Below, piece by piece: positions 39,965 through 52,522 of a stretch of DNA of 64,000 nt. The position numbers and the translations under genes are program-made. Each line of letters begins with the position of its first letter. Position 1 is the first letter of the stretch. Source of the DNA: Pocillopora damicornis (lineage: Eukaryota); assembly GCF_003704095.1 (NCBI RefSeq), contig NW_020846006.1, forward strand, positions 186,001-250,000. Reading direction: 5' to 3'. The notes below the pieces were generated by a model, which saw only the letters and a program-made list of their open reading frames with translations, was not told the origin of the DNA and did not search any database.

Positions 39965-40370
39965 AGCTGTAATCAGACAGTTGGCTATAATCAGACACCT
40001 GTAAAATCAGACTGTTGAAGTACTCAATCATACCAAGTCCACTCAGCCAAATCCACCAATCACAGAATTAAACACAATAACCATACCAACCGCTACTTAT
40101 CCTAAATAAAAATTGAGGAATTTCCAACATGAAGAAATTTTTTTACTGTAGACATTGTTTCTACTGGAGATATTTGACCTAAATGAATTTTTTGTTTTTG
40201 GAAATTCAAACAGTTATGATTAATTAGTAACAGGATTCTTGTCATCCAATTCTGTTAGTAATCATACTTGTGATGGACAAATTGGACTCCTGCTTTGTGG
40301 TCATCCAATTTTGTGAATCTCTTGTATGATTACAGAGCGAATTGTTCTTCACTCAGTCCTATTACCATTA
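39965..40370 (-). repeat. Interspersed repeat, copy 1 (inverted relative to 45450-45856)
   Basis: Reverse complement of 45450-45856, e.g. CTCAGCCAAATCCACCAATCACAGAATTAA vs TTAATTCTGTGATTGGTGGATTTGGCTGAG, and TCCTATTACCATTAT vs ATAATGGTAATAGGA. Confidence 0.85.
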
Positions 40371-40733
40371 TCAACTAAAAGGCTAGTGGAGAAAGAAACT
40401 ATTTTTTTATAAACTAATTTATATTACAACTTTCCCTTTTACCATGAAAAGATACATTTGTTCCAGTAGTTACTAATTTCATTAACACTCGAGGATTATA
40501 ACAAACTTATGCTACATATCGTAACATTATCTTAACAAGTGCATGAAGGACAAAACTGCTTCATACCCAAGAAACACAGTAGCCTGGATGCCAGGAATAA
40601 GGCAGGCAGCCCTGTCAAGCTATGCAGTTTTAAAACATAACACCATTGTGGCTGAAAGACAGTTTTTATGGGCAACATTTTGGAAATTCTTGATACTGAA
40701 GAAACAGAAACCAACAATATTGCCTAACTATTT

Positions 40734-41215
40734 GTGGTACACCACAACCAACTTTTTGTGATAAAAGGAAAGATCAGTGAAGTAGGTGGTACTAAAGAGG
40801 TAAACACAGCCAATGATGTGAAGGAGAAAACTGACCACTATATTAGTGATCCCACTGGAACAGTAAAAGTGACACCAAGGGAGAATTTCACTATCAGTGT
40901 TCAGGATGGCAAACATACATTTTCTCTAATTTCAGAGTTCAAGAAGAGTGTAAGTCAGAGCGATTGATGTTGAGTACACCCCTGTTTACTGCAACATGTC
41001 AGAATCATCAGAATTTACCCCACCTGTGGCTGAACCTCTTCAACTGCTAGATTGTTTCACAACCCCTAAGGCAAAGGTACACTGTAAATACTATTGGTAT
41101 CACTCAGTTTGGAAAATTCCCTCTCCTGTTTACAGTGTAACTAGAAAATAGCTGATGGATGGTTTGCTTTCAATATCTTGAAGTGTCATTACTGCAGCCT
41201 TACCCAGAAAAGGAA
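40734..41215 (+). pseudogene. Decayed RPA1-like (OB-fold plus C4 zinc ribbon) coding remnant
   Basis: VIKGKISEVGGTKEV...KEKTDHYISDPTGTVKVT resembles an OB-fold strand pattern (D-x-T-G-x-I/V-x-V/L-T). Downstream LSCLQCN*K...ILKCHYCSLTQK is a CxxC...CxxC ribbon; stops and frameshifts present. Confidence 0.5.
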
Positions 41216-43804
41216 AAATGCAAAGAAAAGTGATGCGTCCAAGCTTAAGAGTCACATGATGATAGTCAGTTTTATTACATTTTTCCATTAGGAAATTCTG
41301 GATATATCGAATGGGGGTTGCTCAAGATCGAGGACAAAGTTAAGCAAAACAATGATGTTCTGTTTACTTTCTATTACAATCTACTGTTTAAGGGCTACAA
41401 TTCTTGTGTCAGTTGTTGTATTGTTATGTCACTTATAATAAGATAATTTGTTTTTATCAACTGAGTTAATGATGTAAATTGGCCACTGTAAAGAGTTTCT
41501 AAAGCAGACATTTTAAGCACTCACCCTTTGCAATTAATAAACAGTTCACCTCGAGAGTGAAAAATGTTTGTAATTCTGTTCCTGTTTCCAGGAGACACTT
41601 TTATGCACTGCTGAAGTTAGATTGTACTCAATTTTAATCAGCACATTCACTCTACAACTGAAAACCCTCAAAAAAACTTGTAAGCTGAATGCAACTTGTA
41701 CACTTCTTGTTCATTTTTAAAATGAAAAAAAAAAAATAGAGACTGCACTTACAACATTGTTGTAACATCTTGCTTCAGATATGGAATAACGTTTTACTTG
41801 TTTTACGATCAAGCGTCTGCCATTTACATAAATGTGAGTAGGTGAGACATCATCTCGCGCTGGACACATGTACGCATTGTGGACCTATTTTCTCCTTGTG
41901 CCATCTCGTTACTGCGGCTTAGTAGGTCGTGCGGTGCCTCTGAAGTCAGCTTGCAGGCTATCGTTGACGAAAGTGGAAGAGTAAGTGGCTGCCATTTTGG
42001 ACTCTCAAAGAAGAAGATTGGGGAAAAATAAATTCCGGGAGACGTTTGATAGCGAGAAGCTTTCGCTTGTCTTAACGTGGGAAAGGGTTCCACTGGACTT
42101 AGAGATTTAGCTGTTTTCTCGCACCTTTACATCTAAATCCAGTAGGGGGTCTGTATTCATCTTGATGCGTTTTTTCGGCGTTAAGTTGAAAAAAAAAAGT
42201 TAAACAACTTCTTTAAACTTTTTATAATAAAACTCCATCGATATTTTGAGTTCTGTAAATTTTCTTTTTCAAGCCGGGACAGTCTTTGGTTAACCGGTCA
42301 AGTCGCCCGAAGTGAAACATGTTTGAGTAACACCAGAAGCGTTGTTCGTTTCTAACAACGAGGTGAAGCGTTGTTTGTTTGGTATCATGCAGTAGATCTT
42401 TAAATTACTTAAGCAGAAATCCATGAGTGGGTGTTATGGTCTGCCACTTAATTTCTGGAAAATTGAAGTCGCCAACTAAATAACTGTTATATAATTTTTT
42501 TAGTTCAATTTATTTACACATTATTGCATTCTTGAAGTGTAGCATCTGTTTGTCTTTAACAAACTCCAACTAGAATACTTTCTTTGATTCTCTGGCATAT
42601 TTTTTCAGTCAATTCTCGTCGAACTACAGAAAGAACCCAATTTAGTATGTCTCTAAGGTGGATAAAGTACTCTTCTAAATAAGTACCCTTCAACACTAGA
42701 ATCCAATCAGATTCAGTTCAGTAGGTGAAACAACGGGAAACTGACTTTCTAAAAGCAAGATCTATTGATCAAGGACTTTGTTCCTCGTACTACTAGCTCT
42801 TTTAGGGGCAATGCAGAAAGTTTGCCGACTTATCCTTGCTACAGGTCTCGATCTATGCAGAAAGCTCAGAGCCAGTTCAGTCTGCAAGCGGTTTTCTGCT
42901 GAACGTTCAAAAAAGTCAGGCAGTTGAGGTAGAGCACAGTCAGAGCAGATCCATTATTCCATAAAAGATGCCTTCTTCGGGAAGAGACTCGCACCCGATT
43001 TCAATGCGATAGGCTGATGCCAATGAAGCAGTTCACATGCTTATAAACCAGTTTCCGCCGGACTACCTTAAGCCTTTTGTTTAGTAATACGTTTAGTAGC
43101 CTTGGTCACACAGAACCTTTCCCGTAAAGTTCAGCAAGATCTGATGGTCACTTTCGAGGCTTTTCTTTTTCTATTTTGTGTGTTTTAATAGTTCCGTTTT
43201 TACTCTATAGTGTTTTTCTATACTTTTTGACGAATGCTATTTCCATAGCAACGATGGTTAAAGCTCGGAATGCCTTCCTTTTCGAAGGGAGAGCGACAGT
43301 TCATATCGCACATTTTCCACAAGGGAAGGTCTTGTTCTTCACTTTTTACCCTCGATCCCTTTGAGTTTCATAACCATCGAATGGAACCAAGTTGCCTATT
43401 TCCCGGCCCCGAAATAATTTGGGTCGACCAGCTTTATGATTAATTTCATATCATTGTTTCGTCAACAAATTTCGGGTTATGAAATAAGATTTTTATCTGA
43501 TATTAAAGCTGAAACTTTCTATTCATTTGTTTCCTTGTTGTCTTTGTTTCACCAAAAAGTGCCATGCTCAGGGAATGCAATTTTGTGAAATAAATCTAGC
43601 GACTAGCGTTAAGCGATTTTCATTAATTAGCTTCATTCGCTTCCTTCTTGCTGTGACTTTTCACCCTTACCCTCCCCACCCTCAAACAACGAACCCAGCG
43701 GCTAAAGTTTTGATTGGCGGAATTAAATGACGTGCCTGTTTTCCACCAATCGATTTCCCGGCGAGAATGAGAAGATTTCTAGAGTCTTGTATTATGGAGA
43801 AGTA

Positions 43805-46800
43805 ATGGCGTTTTCCGCCCAGACAGACCATGGGCAAAATGAACATAAAGACGCAGTTTTGTGCGAAATTGGCAAAGAAACATCGAAAGATAACACGAAG
43901 GTTTGTGTTAGCATCGTAGGTTTCATTGCTGTCCCATTGATGCAGCTGGAAGCTGTTTTTTTATGCAAACTACGAGGGAGCCATTGTGCCACTCTCGCTA
44001 AGAGCGTTAGCATACAGAAAATTTGGCTTTTTTTCTCTTTTTGTGTTTTTCTTTCTTCATGCCCTTTTTAGAATTGCACAAATTCTTGAGTATTAATTCT
44101 AGTTCTCACACCTTTTTCGGAATTGTTACCAGTTTGTCCCGAACCCCGCTGCCAAGCCGTTTGTACCTTCCAACTTGAATTCAACATTGGGTCGCTCAAA
44201 CAGGACATGGGCAACTATCGAAGGACAACATTCTAGGGTAAGTACAAGGTATTTATTTTATTAGATATTCGGAGTTGAAATTCGTTTTTGCAAGAAAACA
44301 CAACTGTTCCTAGTTACATGATTTGAGTAGTGAAGCGTCTACTTTCGGGTCACAATGTAAGCTGAGCCAATGCCGCTCGGCTCCGTTCCGGGTCGGTGTT
44401 TGTAAAGAAGCAAGTAGCGGCGCATGAACGATCTAATGCTCCCCGAATTTCACGAGATGAAAGATTTTGAAGATTACGGTTTCTTTATGCTATTGCCCAC
44501 TTCGACATGATCATCAGCTATATTTTCGAAAATGTACTCCTTGGAGACAGCAGTCAACTGAGTTCTTACAATTTCGAAACTCAGCAAGCGTTTGCCAACG
44601 CAAGATCTGTTCGATAGCAGCCTTCAAGTTTTCTTACCCATCGGTTTGCCGTTTTCTCGTTGTAGGGAAATTCTTTTTCACGTAAATAACGAAGTTATTA
44701 CTCTTTGTGATAAAGTTATTTATTTGACGAAAAAAAAATGTATGGTTTACTTGTTTTTGTGGGCTGTTGGTTCAGTGTGGATTTGCCCTGAGACATATTC
44801 TTTTTCTCCAATTCGATTCATCCGGCGTAACGATATATTTCAAAAACCGAATTTTTGATATTTATGGAAATAAAAATCATACTCATCTTGAAGTTAGTTC
44901 CGACCGGATTTTAGCCATAATTTTACGTAATATACGTTCCGTGTTCTGTTGGTCATTGCTATTCTAATTATAGATTCGGTGAATCTGAAGGCGAGAGATC
45001 TATTTGTAAAAATAGTTTCGTCTGAACAATTCCTATTTTGGACTACATCGTCAAAGTTTTAAATCGATGATGGCAAATCCCTATTATTTTCTAATCTTTT
45101 TTGGTGGTATCTGGAGTTCAGCTGTTATACCTTCGAAGTCTGTCAATTTACTCAAGTGCATCGAAAGGCTGTCGTATATTTCAACGAATTTCTTCTTCTT
45201 TAGAGGCTTATTTCCCTTGGTGGGGGAGTTTTCAGAAGTGATCTTGTCCTTCTTGGATTTGTTCTCTTGGACTTGTTTGAGTCAAATGGCAATCACTTTT
45301 GTAGATTTACTTATTAACAGGCTCCCTCGTCATAATAACTTTTATGATATTGCTGGTGCTCATGGTTGATGTGAAGTGTGCCCTTATTGGCTTGGTATTA
45401 GGGCATTATTCTCCAGCTATACCCACAGGCCACAAAACAAATGATAAATAATGGTAATAGGACCAAGTGGAGTCCAATTCAGCCTGTAATCATACAAGGG
45501 ATTAACAAAATTAGACTAGTGTAAAGGGGAAGTCCAATTTGTCAAGCACAAGTATGATTACAGTCAGAATTGGACGACCAGAAGTCCTCTTACTTATTAA
45601 TCATAAACATTACAGTTTCCGAAAAATACTAAATACATTTAGGTCAGATATCTTCGGTTGAGATAGTGTCAAAGGAAAACAAATTTCTCCATTTGGGAAA
45701 TTCCTAAGCTTTTTTTGGTTAGGATAAGTGGTTGTTGCTATGGTTATTGTGGTTAATTCTGTGATTGGTGGATTTGGCTGAGTAGACTTAGTATGATTGG
45801 TTACTTCAACTGCCCAATTACAAGTGTCTGATTACAGTCAACTGTCTAATTACACTATGCTCTCTTATGCTTTACTCTGATGTAGGGCTGATGCTTGAAA
45901 CATCAGCTTTACAACTCTTTCTGTGGCCAATACTTAATTACCTTGCCCGATTACACTTTCCAATTACAATTGTACAGAATGAGTTGTGAAAAACAAAGCA
46001 GATAATACACCAATCACATATGAAGAAATTGTAATGGTTAAGATTATTCAAGAAATAACTTCTTGTGGAAATTCAAACACGTGAAGATGATAAGGGCCAT
46101 TAAACACTACAAAAGAGAAGATTTTTTCAACAACTATACCAACAACTAAAATTTTAGGAATAACAGGAATAATTGAGTCTGAGTCATTTCAAGTTTCTAG
46201 CTGCAAGGTTCCAAAGGCAAATCCCACTTCAAATCCCATTGTCTCCCTACTCAACACAAGTTAACATACCCCTTCACGGTTTTTTTTTTTTTGTGGGTTA
46301 ATGTAATGGGCTAGGTGCAAAAGCATTCAAAGTTTGTAGTCAGATAAATCACCAAGTAAAAGCATCAGCAAACCTAACAAACACCTCCAACTGAACACCA
46401 CAGGAAGGTCGTAATTTCTTTGATTCTGAACCAGTTGTCAAGGATTTCATATGACAGTTTGTGTTGGATATCAATAAATTCTCTAGCTATATGATTGATA
46501 TAAGCAGGTTTAAATCAAGTTAACAGTGGTAGTGCCATTTGGCTTTGTGTTGTGCCAGGATCAGGAAATTATCAATCAGGAAGAATTTTAGTGGTAGTGT
46601 TTCTTTTCTTATCTGTGATCTGGTTGATAAGGATGACAATTCTAGCCCCTCAAACAGACCACTACCTTTTAAAGGGGTAAATTTCTAAAGAAACTGTGGT
46701 GTTGCGTCTGTGAGAGAGTATAGCAGGTAATTTAGTGTTAACAACTGAGTTGAAAATGTAAATTAGCCATCATAAAGGGTAAAAAACTGACATTTTGAGC

Positions 46801-49800
46801 ATTAGCCCTTTGTCTATTGCTCTGACGAAGGGCTAACACTCCTTTATGGTGGCTAATTTACGTTTTCAACTCAGTTGTTAACACTAAATTACCAGCATTA
46901 CCTTTTAAAAAAGTCAACAATTAGTCACCAAAGTGGATGTGACCAGTGGTGGATACTTTTTAAATAACTACTGCTAGCCACCGACTCTGAGATGAATAGT
47001 TGTATTATTATATACTAAATGTTACATGTAGAAAGTGATTGCAGCATGTTGCAAATGGTAATTTGTTCAATGAAATAATGCCAACTTCATGTTGCATTTT
47101 TTCAACTGGTTTCATGACTTATTATCAATGCTTTATTTCAGATACAGTACAAGTAGGATTTCACAATTACCATAATTGATTTAAACTAAGGTTGAGAAAT
47201 CCAACTGTTTTTGCCTCCTATAGGTTTTTAATCTTGGTGGAAATATTACCAGTTTGAAGGCTGCAAGGCATAATGTGATTGTCCCACAGCCCTACATGAA
47301 TGGTCCACATAGTATAGATCATGCTAACAGCTGTGGAATCCCTCCAGAAGAACCCAGGACACCTACAACCCCTCAATCTAACAACCACATAGCTTTTCAC
47401 CTTGTTTCTAAAGTTCTTGAGGATGAAAGCATTTTTAATTTTTCAAGCATTGAGGAAGCAAATCCAGGTGTAGAGCCATTCTCACCTCTTTCTCTGATAC
47501 ATCCTGATAGGTATGGTAATCCTTAGAAGTTTTTGTGCATGATAGTATCCTTAAGTGTGCCTGACCTACATGGATCACAAGTGACTAAATACGGGGTTGC
47601 AGAGGAAGCTTTCAACAACAAATCACATGCCTGTTTTTTCTCAATTCCTTTTTCACATGCACTTTGTAAGTCTTCTCCATGAACATTTTTTTGGTTGCAT
47701 GGAATGAAAGCAGGCAATCCCCATCTTGCCTGCTTGGGTAGCCAGTTACCGTAATTTCCGGTTGTTTACCCGCGGGTAATCTGTTGATTTTGCATTAAAC
47801 GTGCGCCACTGCAGGTAATAGGGAGGTGCTGGTTATGTGACAATTTTAAAATCTAGTGGTAGTTGAATTGAAAAAAATTATCACCACCATGCATTTCCAT
47901 AAGAGTGCCGCAAAGCGGCACAAAAACATGATGCTGACTTGAGTTTATTTCACGCATAATTAGTTGTGGGACGAACAAATTTTTATCAGCTCGCGTGAAA
48001 ACAAAACCTTGATGGTGACAAAAATAATCCAAAGATATTCGGCGCATCAGTAATAAATTTCCATTTAACACTAGCTTGAGCTAAAGAGAATTCTCCCATT
48101 TTAAGGGACTTGTTAGGCCCAATAGAATCAGAGATATCGATTTTTTTCAGAAATCGCCAACAGTACGTTATAATTCAAGTTTTAATACTCACCCAGTTTT
48201 TTTTTCAACAAATCAACATGACGCTGAATGATCGCTCGCACAAAATGTGGCCACAAATTCGCATTCTGTCAAGTATGAAACATTGAGATTTGGGCATGGG
48301 CTGCTAGTGTTTTTACTGTATAATCTTATCAATAAAGTACATGCCAATATTGACACAGAATTGTGCACGCGTCTGAATTTCTTTGACCTTTAAACTCGAC
48401 AAAGACACTTTCAAGTTTTCAAAAGTTGGATCAGACAACTTTTAAAAGACTGAAATGTATTACCTTAATGTCACGTTTTCACCACCAAAAAGTTGAATAA
48501 CATAATGTGCGGGTTATCCACCAGTGCGGGCAATCTGTTGACTTTTTTTTTCGCTGTATGCAATAATCAGCTGGTGTGGGTAATCGGCCGTGTGGGTAAA
48601 CGACCGGAAATTACGGTATATCTGTTACAGATTCCCAGGATTCCCTTATCTCAAAATCACACAATATGGGTATGGTTATGGGTTTGAGTATTCCAGCTCA
48701 AGTTTTGTTTGTTGTCTGTTTCAGTTTTGATGGCACATCTCATTCATGGCCCCTTTCAGCTGTACCCAATGGTACCATTCCAGTTCCTGCATCAACATCC
48801 AATCGCAGTAATGCAGCAGCTAGAAACTTTGGTTCTTTTCCTGGTCAAACTATCTGGTCATCAGAAGTGATTGCCCATAGCACCCCACCTTTGTCACCAG
48901 TTGATTTGTCCCCACCCTCAAGTTTAACAAATTCTTCACTGGGAACTACCCCTCCATTTCCCTCAACCCCATTAATTCCTGCAAGTTCTCTGACCAATTC
49001 ATCAGGCAGTACATCACCTACTGTGAATGGTTATAATGACGAACTCTCTCCCTTCCCATCCCCAACTGGGCAGCAGTTTGGCTCACAAGACACCTTGCCA
49101 ACTATGTTCATGCCAATTAAAGATGCATCTACAGGAGGCAAGGGATGGAACTCTTCAGAATCTGGTTACTATTCAAGTAATGGCTCCAGTCGTCGTTCTC
49201 AACCATCCCCAAGCTCAGCCCCTGGACTAGCACAATTTGTTTCTTCTCCTAAGACACGCCCACAGTCTCTAAATTTAACAAATGGCCACCATTACTGTAG
49301 TTCACCCAGTATGTCCCCTTCTTCACCGCCAGGACCAGTTCATAGCCACTCAGCTCCAAAGCATTTTAGTTCAAGTTATGATGTGAATGGAGGGTCATGG
49401 CTCAAACATACATCAGGCAGAGAGCATATTCCTCCAAGCTCTTTGCCAAGGGATGCAAATGGACATTCTGGAGGTCATGTGATTTTGCATCGTACTAAGA
49501 GTCCACTGACAAGTGAGCTGCACTATAGACTTGAAGAGTGTTATGAACAATTGCGGTGTCTAGAGAAAGAGCGAAAAAAGGTACTTGTTTGTGTGAGCTT
49601 TCACCTAATGGTTCTCCTTTTGGGTATTTTGTGACATGTTAAACACTGTATTCAGTGTAATTTTTTTAAATGTAAAGTCATGTTCATCACTTCAGTCTGT
49701 CACTCATCTTTATTTTAGATTATCGTTAGGCATTGCAAGATTTGTGCGCGTAAGATAATTATTCATTTTGCTGTAACTGTAACTGAAATGTTCTTTTTGT

Positions 49801-52522
49801 CTGTGTAGGCAGAGGCTGAAATCTCACACCTATGGTCAGGGCGAAGACTCTCATCTGGAAATGCAACAAATGTTAGACCTCCCCCTAATCCATCTAGAGT
49901 GGACAAGCTAATTGTGGATCATTTGCGAGAACATGCAAAGGTATTTGTACATATTTCAGCAGTCATTTGTTAAAGGGAAAGTGACTGCTGTGTAATTGAT
50001 TTCCCTAAAAGAACATTGTTCAGATTTACCAGTGTCCAAAAGAGGAGCCCTGAATCTTTTTCTTTATTCCTGTGCTATCAGTCAAGGAACTTCACCCTAT
50101 TAGAGAGGCTAGTACCAGGTTGGTGGCATGAAAACCCCTTATGATGGGAACTTTTCACCTTTAAACCTTTGTTTGAAGACATCAGCAATAAAAAATTACA
50201 TTGAATGGGTGGAAGGCATCTCAAAATTTGGAAAGTATCCCTTCAAGTGTTAAAATAAAGTTTCAGAAGTGTTCTTGCAGCCTATAAGATTAAGGCAAAT
50301 TTGAGGAATTAGTAATTATGAGTCTCACTTCAGCTTATAACAAACAATTCCTCAAGATAATGACTCTGGTGATTCAGCTTGCTGAAACAGTCTTTTTTTA
50401 AGACTAATCTCAACACAATGATCAGAGTAGATGATCAACTAGTACCAAAGTGGAGATATTATCTCTGTAGACAGTCAAAGTAGGAGATTAAAAGATGACT
50501 CCTGTCCATTTTGGTTTATTTTGGTTGTAGCATGATAATTGTAAAGGGTGTTTTTGCTCTGTTTCTTTCTGTGAATCTCCTTTAGCATGTGACAAGTTTC
50601 CCATTACTCCTGTTGGGAACATGTTTACTTCAACCATGTGCTATCTGGTTCCAAGACCAGGAGACTATGTTTTGTTACAACTCACTGAATTTTGCAAATA
50701 TATTTACAGTACCAATTAACAAAAAAGAAAAAACTTCGCTTTTGGTAAAATATAGCTTCAATCTAAACTAAAATCACTGTATCACCAACACTTTCTAGTT
50801 GTGATACATTTGCTTTCTTACCTGTTTGGTTCATGTATGTTTTTGCAATTTTTAAGGTTGAAAGGTTGGGTGGTGTGATATTACTACTAAGTTAATTATT
50901 TAAAATGGCAGCATTTTGGCCACTTGGAAGTGGATTTTCATTAGGATTGGAGCAACTTTTTCTTTCACATTCAAAACATGTGGCTGCATACTGAAAAGGT
51001 CTCTTGCACAATACAGCGCACAGAAGTATGTTATTAACCTTGGCTTACCTTGCAATAGGAGACCATTCGCAACACATAAAAGTCTTAAGATCATACAAAT
51101 TAATTGACCAATGTCCTCTTAAGTTTACTGATTAAACCTATTTTATCAAGAGTTCACTGCTTAACTGGCTTCTTTATTGCTGTTTAGTGAATATAGCTTG
51201 ACCCCCTTGACACCCTCTTATATCCTTTCAGCAAGAGGGAAATCCCTCCTTTATAATTACTAAAGCAGATGCTAATTATTTCATTACATACATATTTGTG
51301 TACATATGTATATATTTGGGTTATTAAGCAAGAATGATGCCCGTTAGTAAAGAAATATTATATGCTGTTTAATTGTATTTCTGTAATGTGCGAATTGTTA
51401 TGTAAATGCTATTTAGGTTGAAGCCTTAGTTGGACGAATTGAACGCATTCGTCACTCTCCTCTCCATGTCAGCATTAGTGAGGGAGTTGATCTGTGGCAC
51501 AATGGAATTCGTGAATTGCAGAATCGTAGGAGGGAGGAACTTAGTAGCAGTAATTGCTCAAGAAGTAGGCTGAATGGTTCTCTACGGAATCAAGATATTA
51601 CAGGTATTGTCAGTTTAATTCCTTCAAGAAAGACTTCAAATCTCTGAAGTTAAACAAGAAAGGGACTGTTAGCCAGGAAGACCCACTGATGAAATTTTTA
51701 AGGGGAATCTAGTAAATTGTTTATCTAGTATGGAGGTAGACAATATCACTGAGCAGATTGGAGACCGAAGTGTTCTGAACAAGCCACTTAATTAAAAAAA
51801 AGCCATTAAAAATTAAAAGCAAAAACACAAACATTGGACTCTGAATAAATAGTATCAGTGAAATCTCTCTAGGAACAGGTTACCGCAAATTTTCCCCAAA
51901 AAATGTAATCTTGAAAACTTCAGGGTAGGCAATTGGTAACAACGTCAAGGCTAGTACAACTACAGAATAACTACTTGCAAATAGCCTTTAACTGTGAGCA
52001 AATAGGATTGGTACTAATGGTATTCCCATCCATTTTTACATAGCTGTATGGAATGAGCCAGTGTGTTAAATCTGTGTACAGTAATTTACATCAACTATTT
52101 GTGGATGGAAGATCAGAATTAGCTTGTTTGAGTTTGTTATCTGTTATCCTAGTGTCTTATGCTTAAAAAAAACCTGACTCACTTGTGATTCTATGATAAG
52201 CCATATACAAGCTTGTATCCAAGTTAGCTTTTTTTACTGCAGTTGTTGACCCACATCATAAATATGTAATGATAAGCATCATGATTTTTCTCATTTATTT
52301 CCGTTTATTTATGTATTTGTTTGTTTGTTTTAATCCTTCACAGAACTCTCAGCCTTAGTATCAGCTGTGAAGACACTGACACAAAACACACGTGCAACCC
52401 GTACAATCATTTGGTGTGCTAATCAGCTTGTCATTGGTGATACTGCAGTTAATGACAACACTTCAAATGATGTGGACAACACAGTTGTGATATCCAAGGA
52501 AGTCATTGTGGATGTGTCTTGA
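43805..52522 (+). CDS. MEIOC: Meiosis-specific coiled-coil domain-containing protein MEIOC, 7 exons, ~613-623 aa
   Basis: Exons 43805-43900, 44133(or 44103)-44237, 47224-47510, 48725-49580, 49809-49940, 51417-51603, 52344-52522; phases consistent. C-terminal domain SELHYRLEECYEQLRCLEKERKKAEA...NPSRVDKLIVDHLREHAKVEALVGRIERIR...TRATRTIIWCA. The first two exons are less certain than the last five. Confidence 0.9.
45450..45856 (+). repeat. Interspersed repeat, copy 2, in MEIOC intron 2
   Basis: Reverse complement of 39965-40370. Confidence 0.85.
46726..46893. mobile_element. Palindromic Penelope-derived short element with ~53-bp inverted arms and two opposed hammerhead remnants
   Basis: Arms 46726-46778 (GGTAATTTAGTGTTAACAACTGAGTTGAAAATGTAAATTAGCCATCATAAAGG) and 46841-46893 are near-perfect reverse complements. 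The centre has CTGACGAAGGGCTAAC (+) and a decayed copy on (-). Related copies at ~41451-41530, 45875-45940, 54210-54360, 57455-57520, 62180-62240. Confidence 0.75.
47749..48616. mobile_element. Non-autonomous Tc1/mariner(pogo)-type DNA transposon, 868 bp, in MEIOC intron 3
   Basis: TA flanks at 47747-48 and 48617-18. TIRs CCGTAATTTCCGGTTGTTTACCC / GGGTAAACGACCGGAAATTACGG (23 bp, 1 mismatch). No transposase ORF. Confidence 0.85.

Noticed and set aside
43527-43730. TNPAAKVL in an upstream ORF resembling the MEIOC PAM2-like motif
   Set aside because: Non-ATG ORF over promoter sequence, lacking the essential Phe; coincidental.
48666-49634. 322-aa Ser/Pro-rich ORF as a standalone gene
   Set aside because: It is MEIOC exon 4 (48725-49580) with intronic read-through at both ends.
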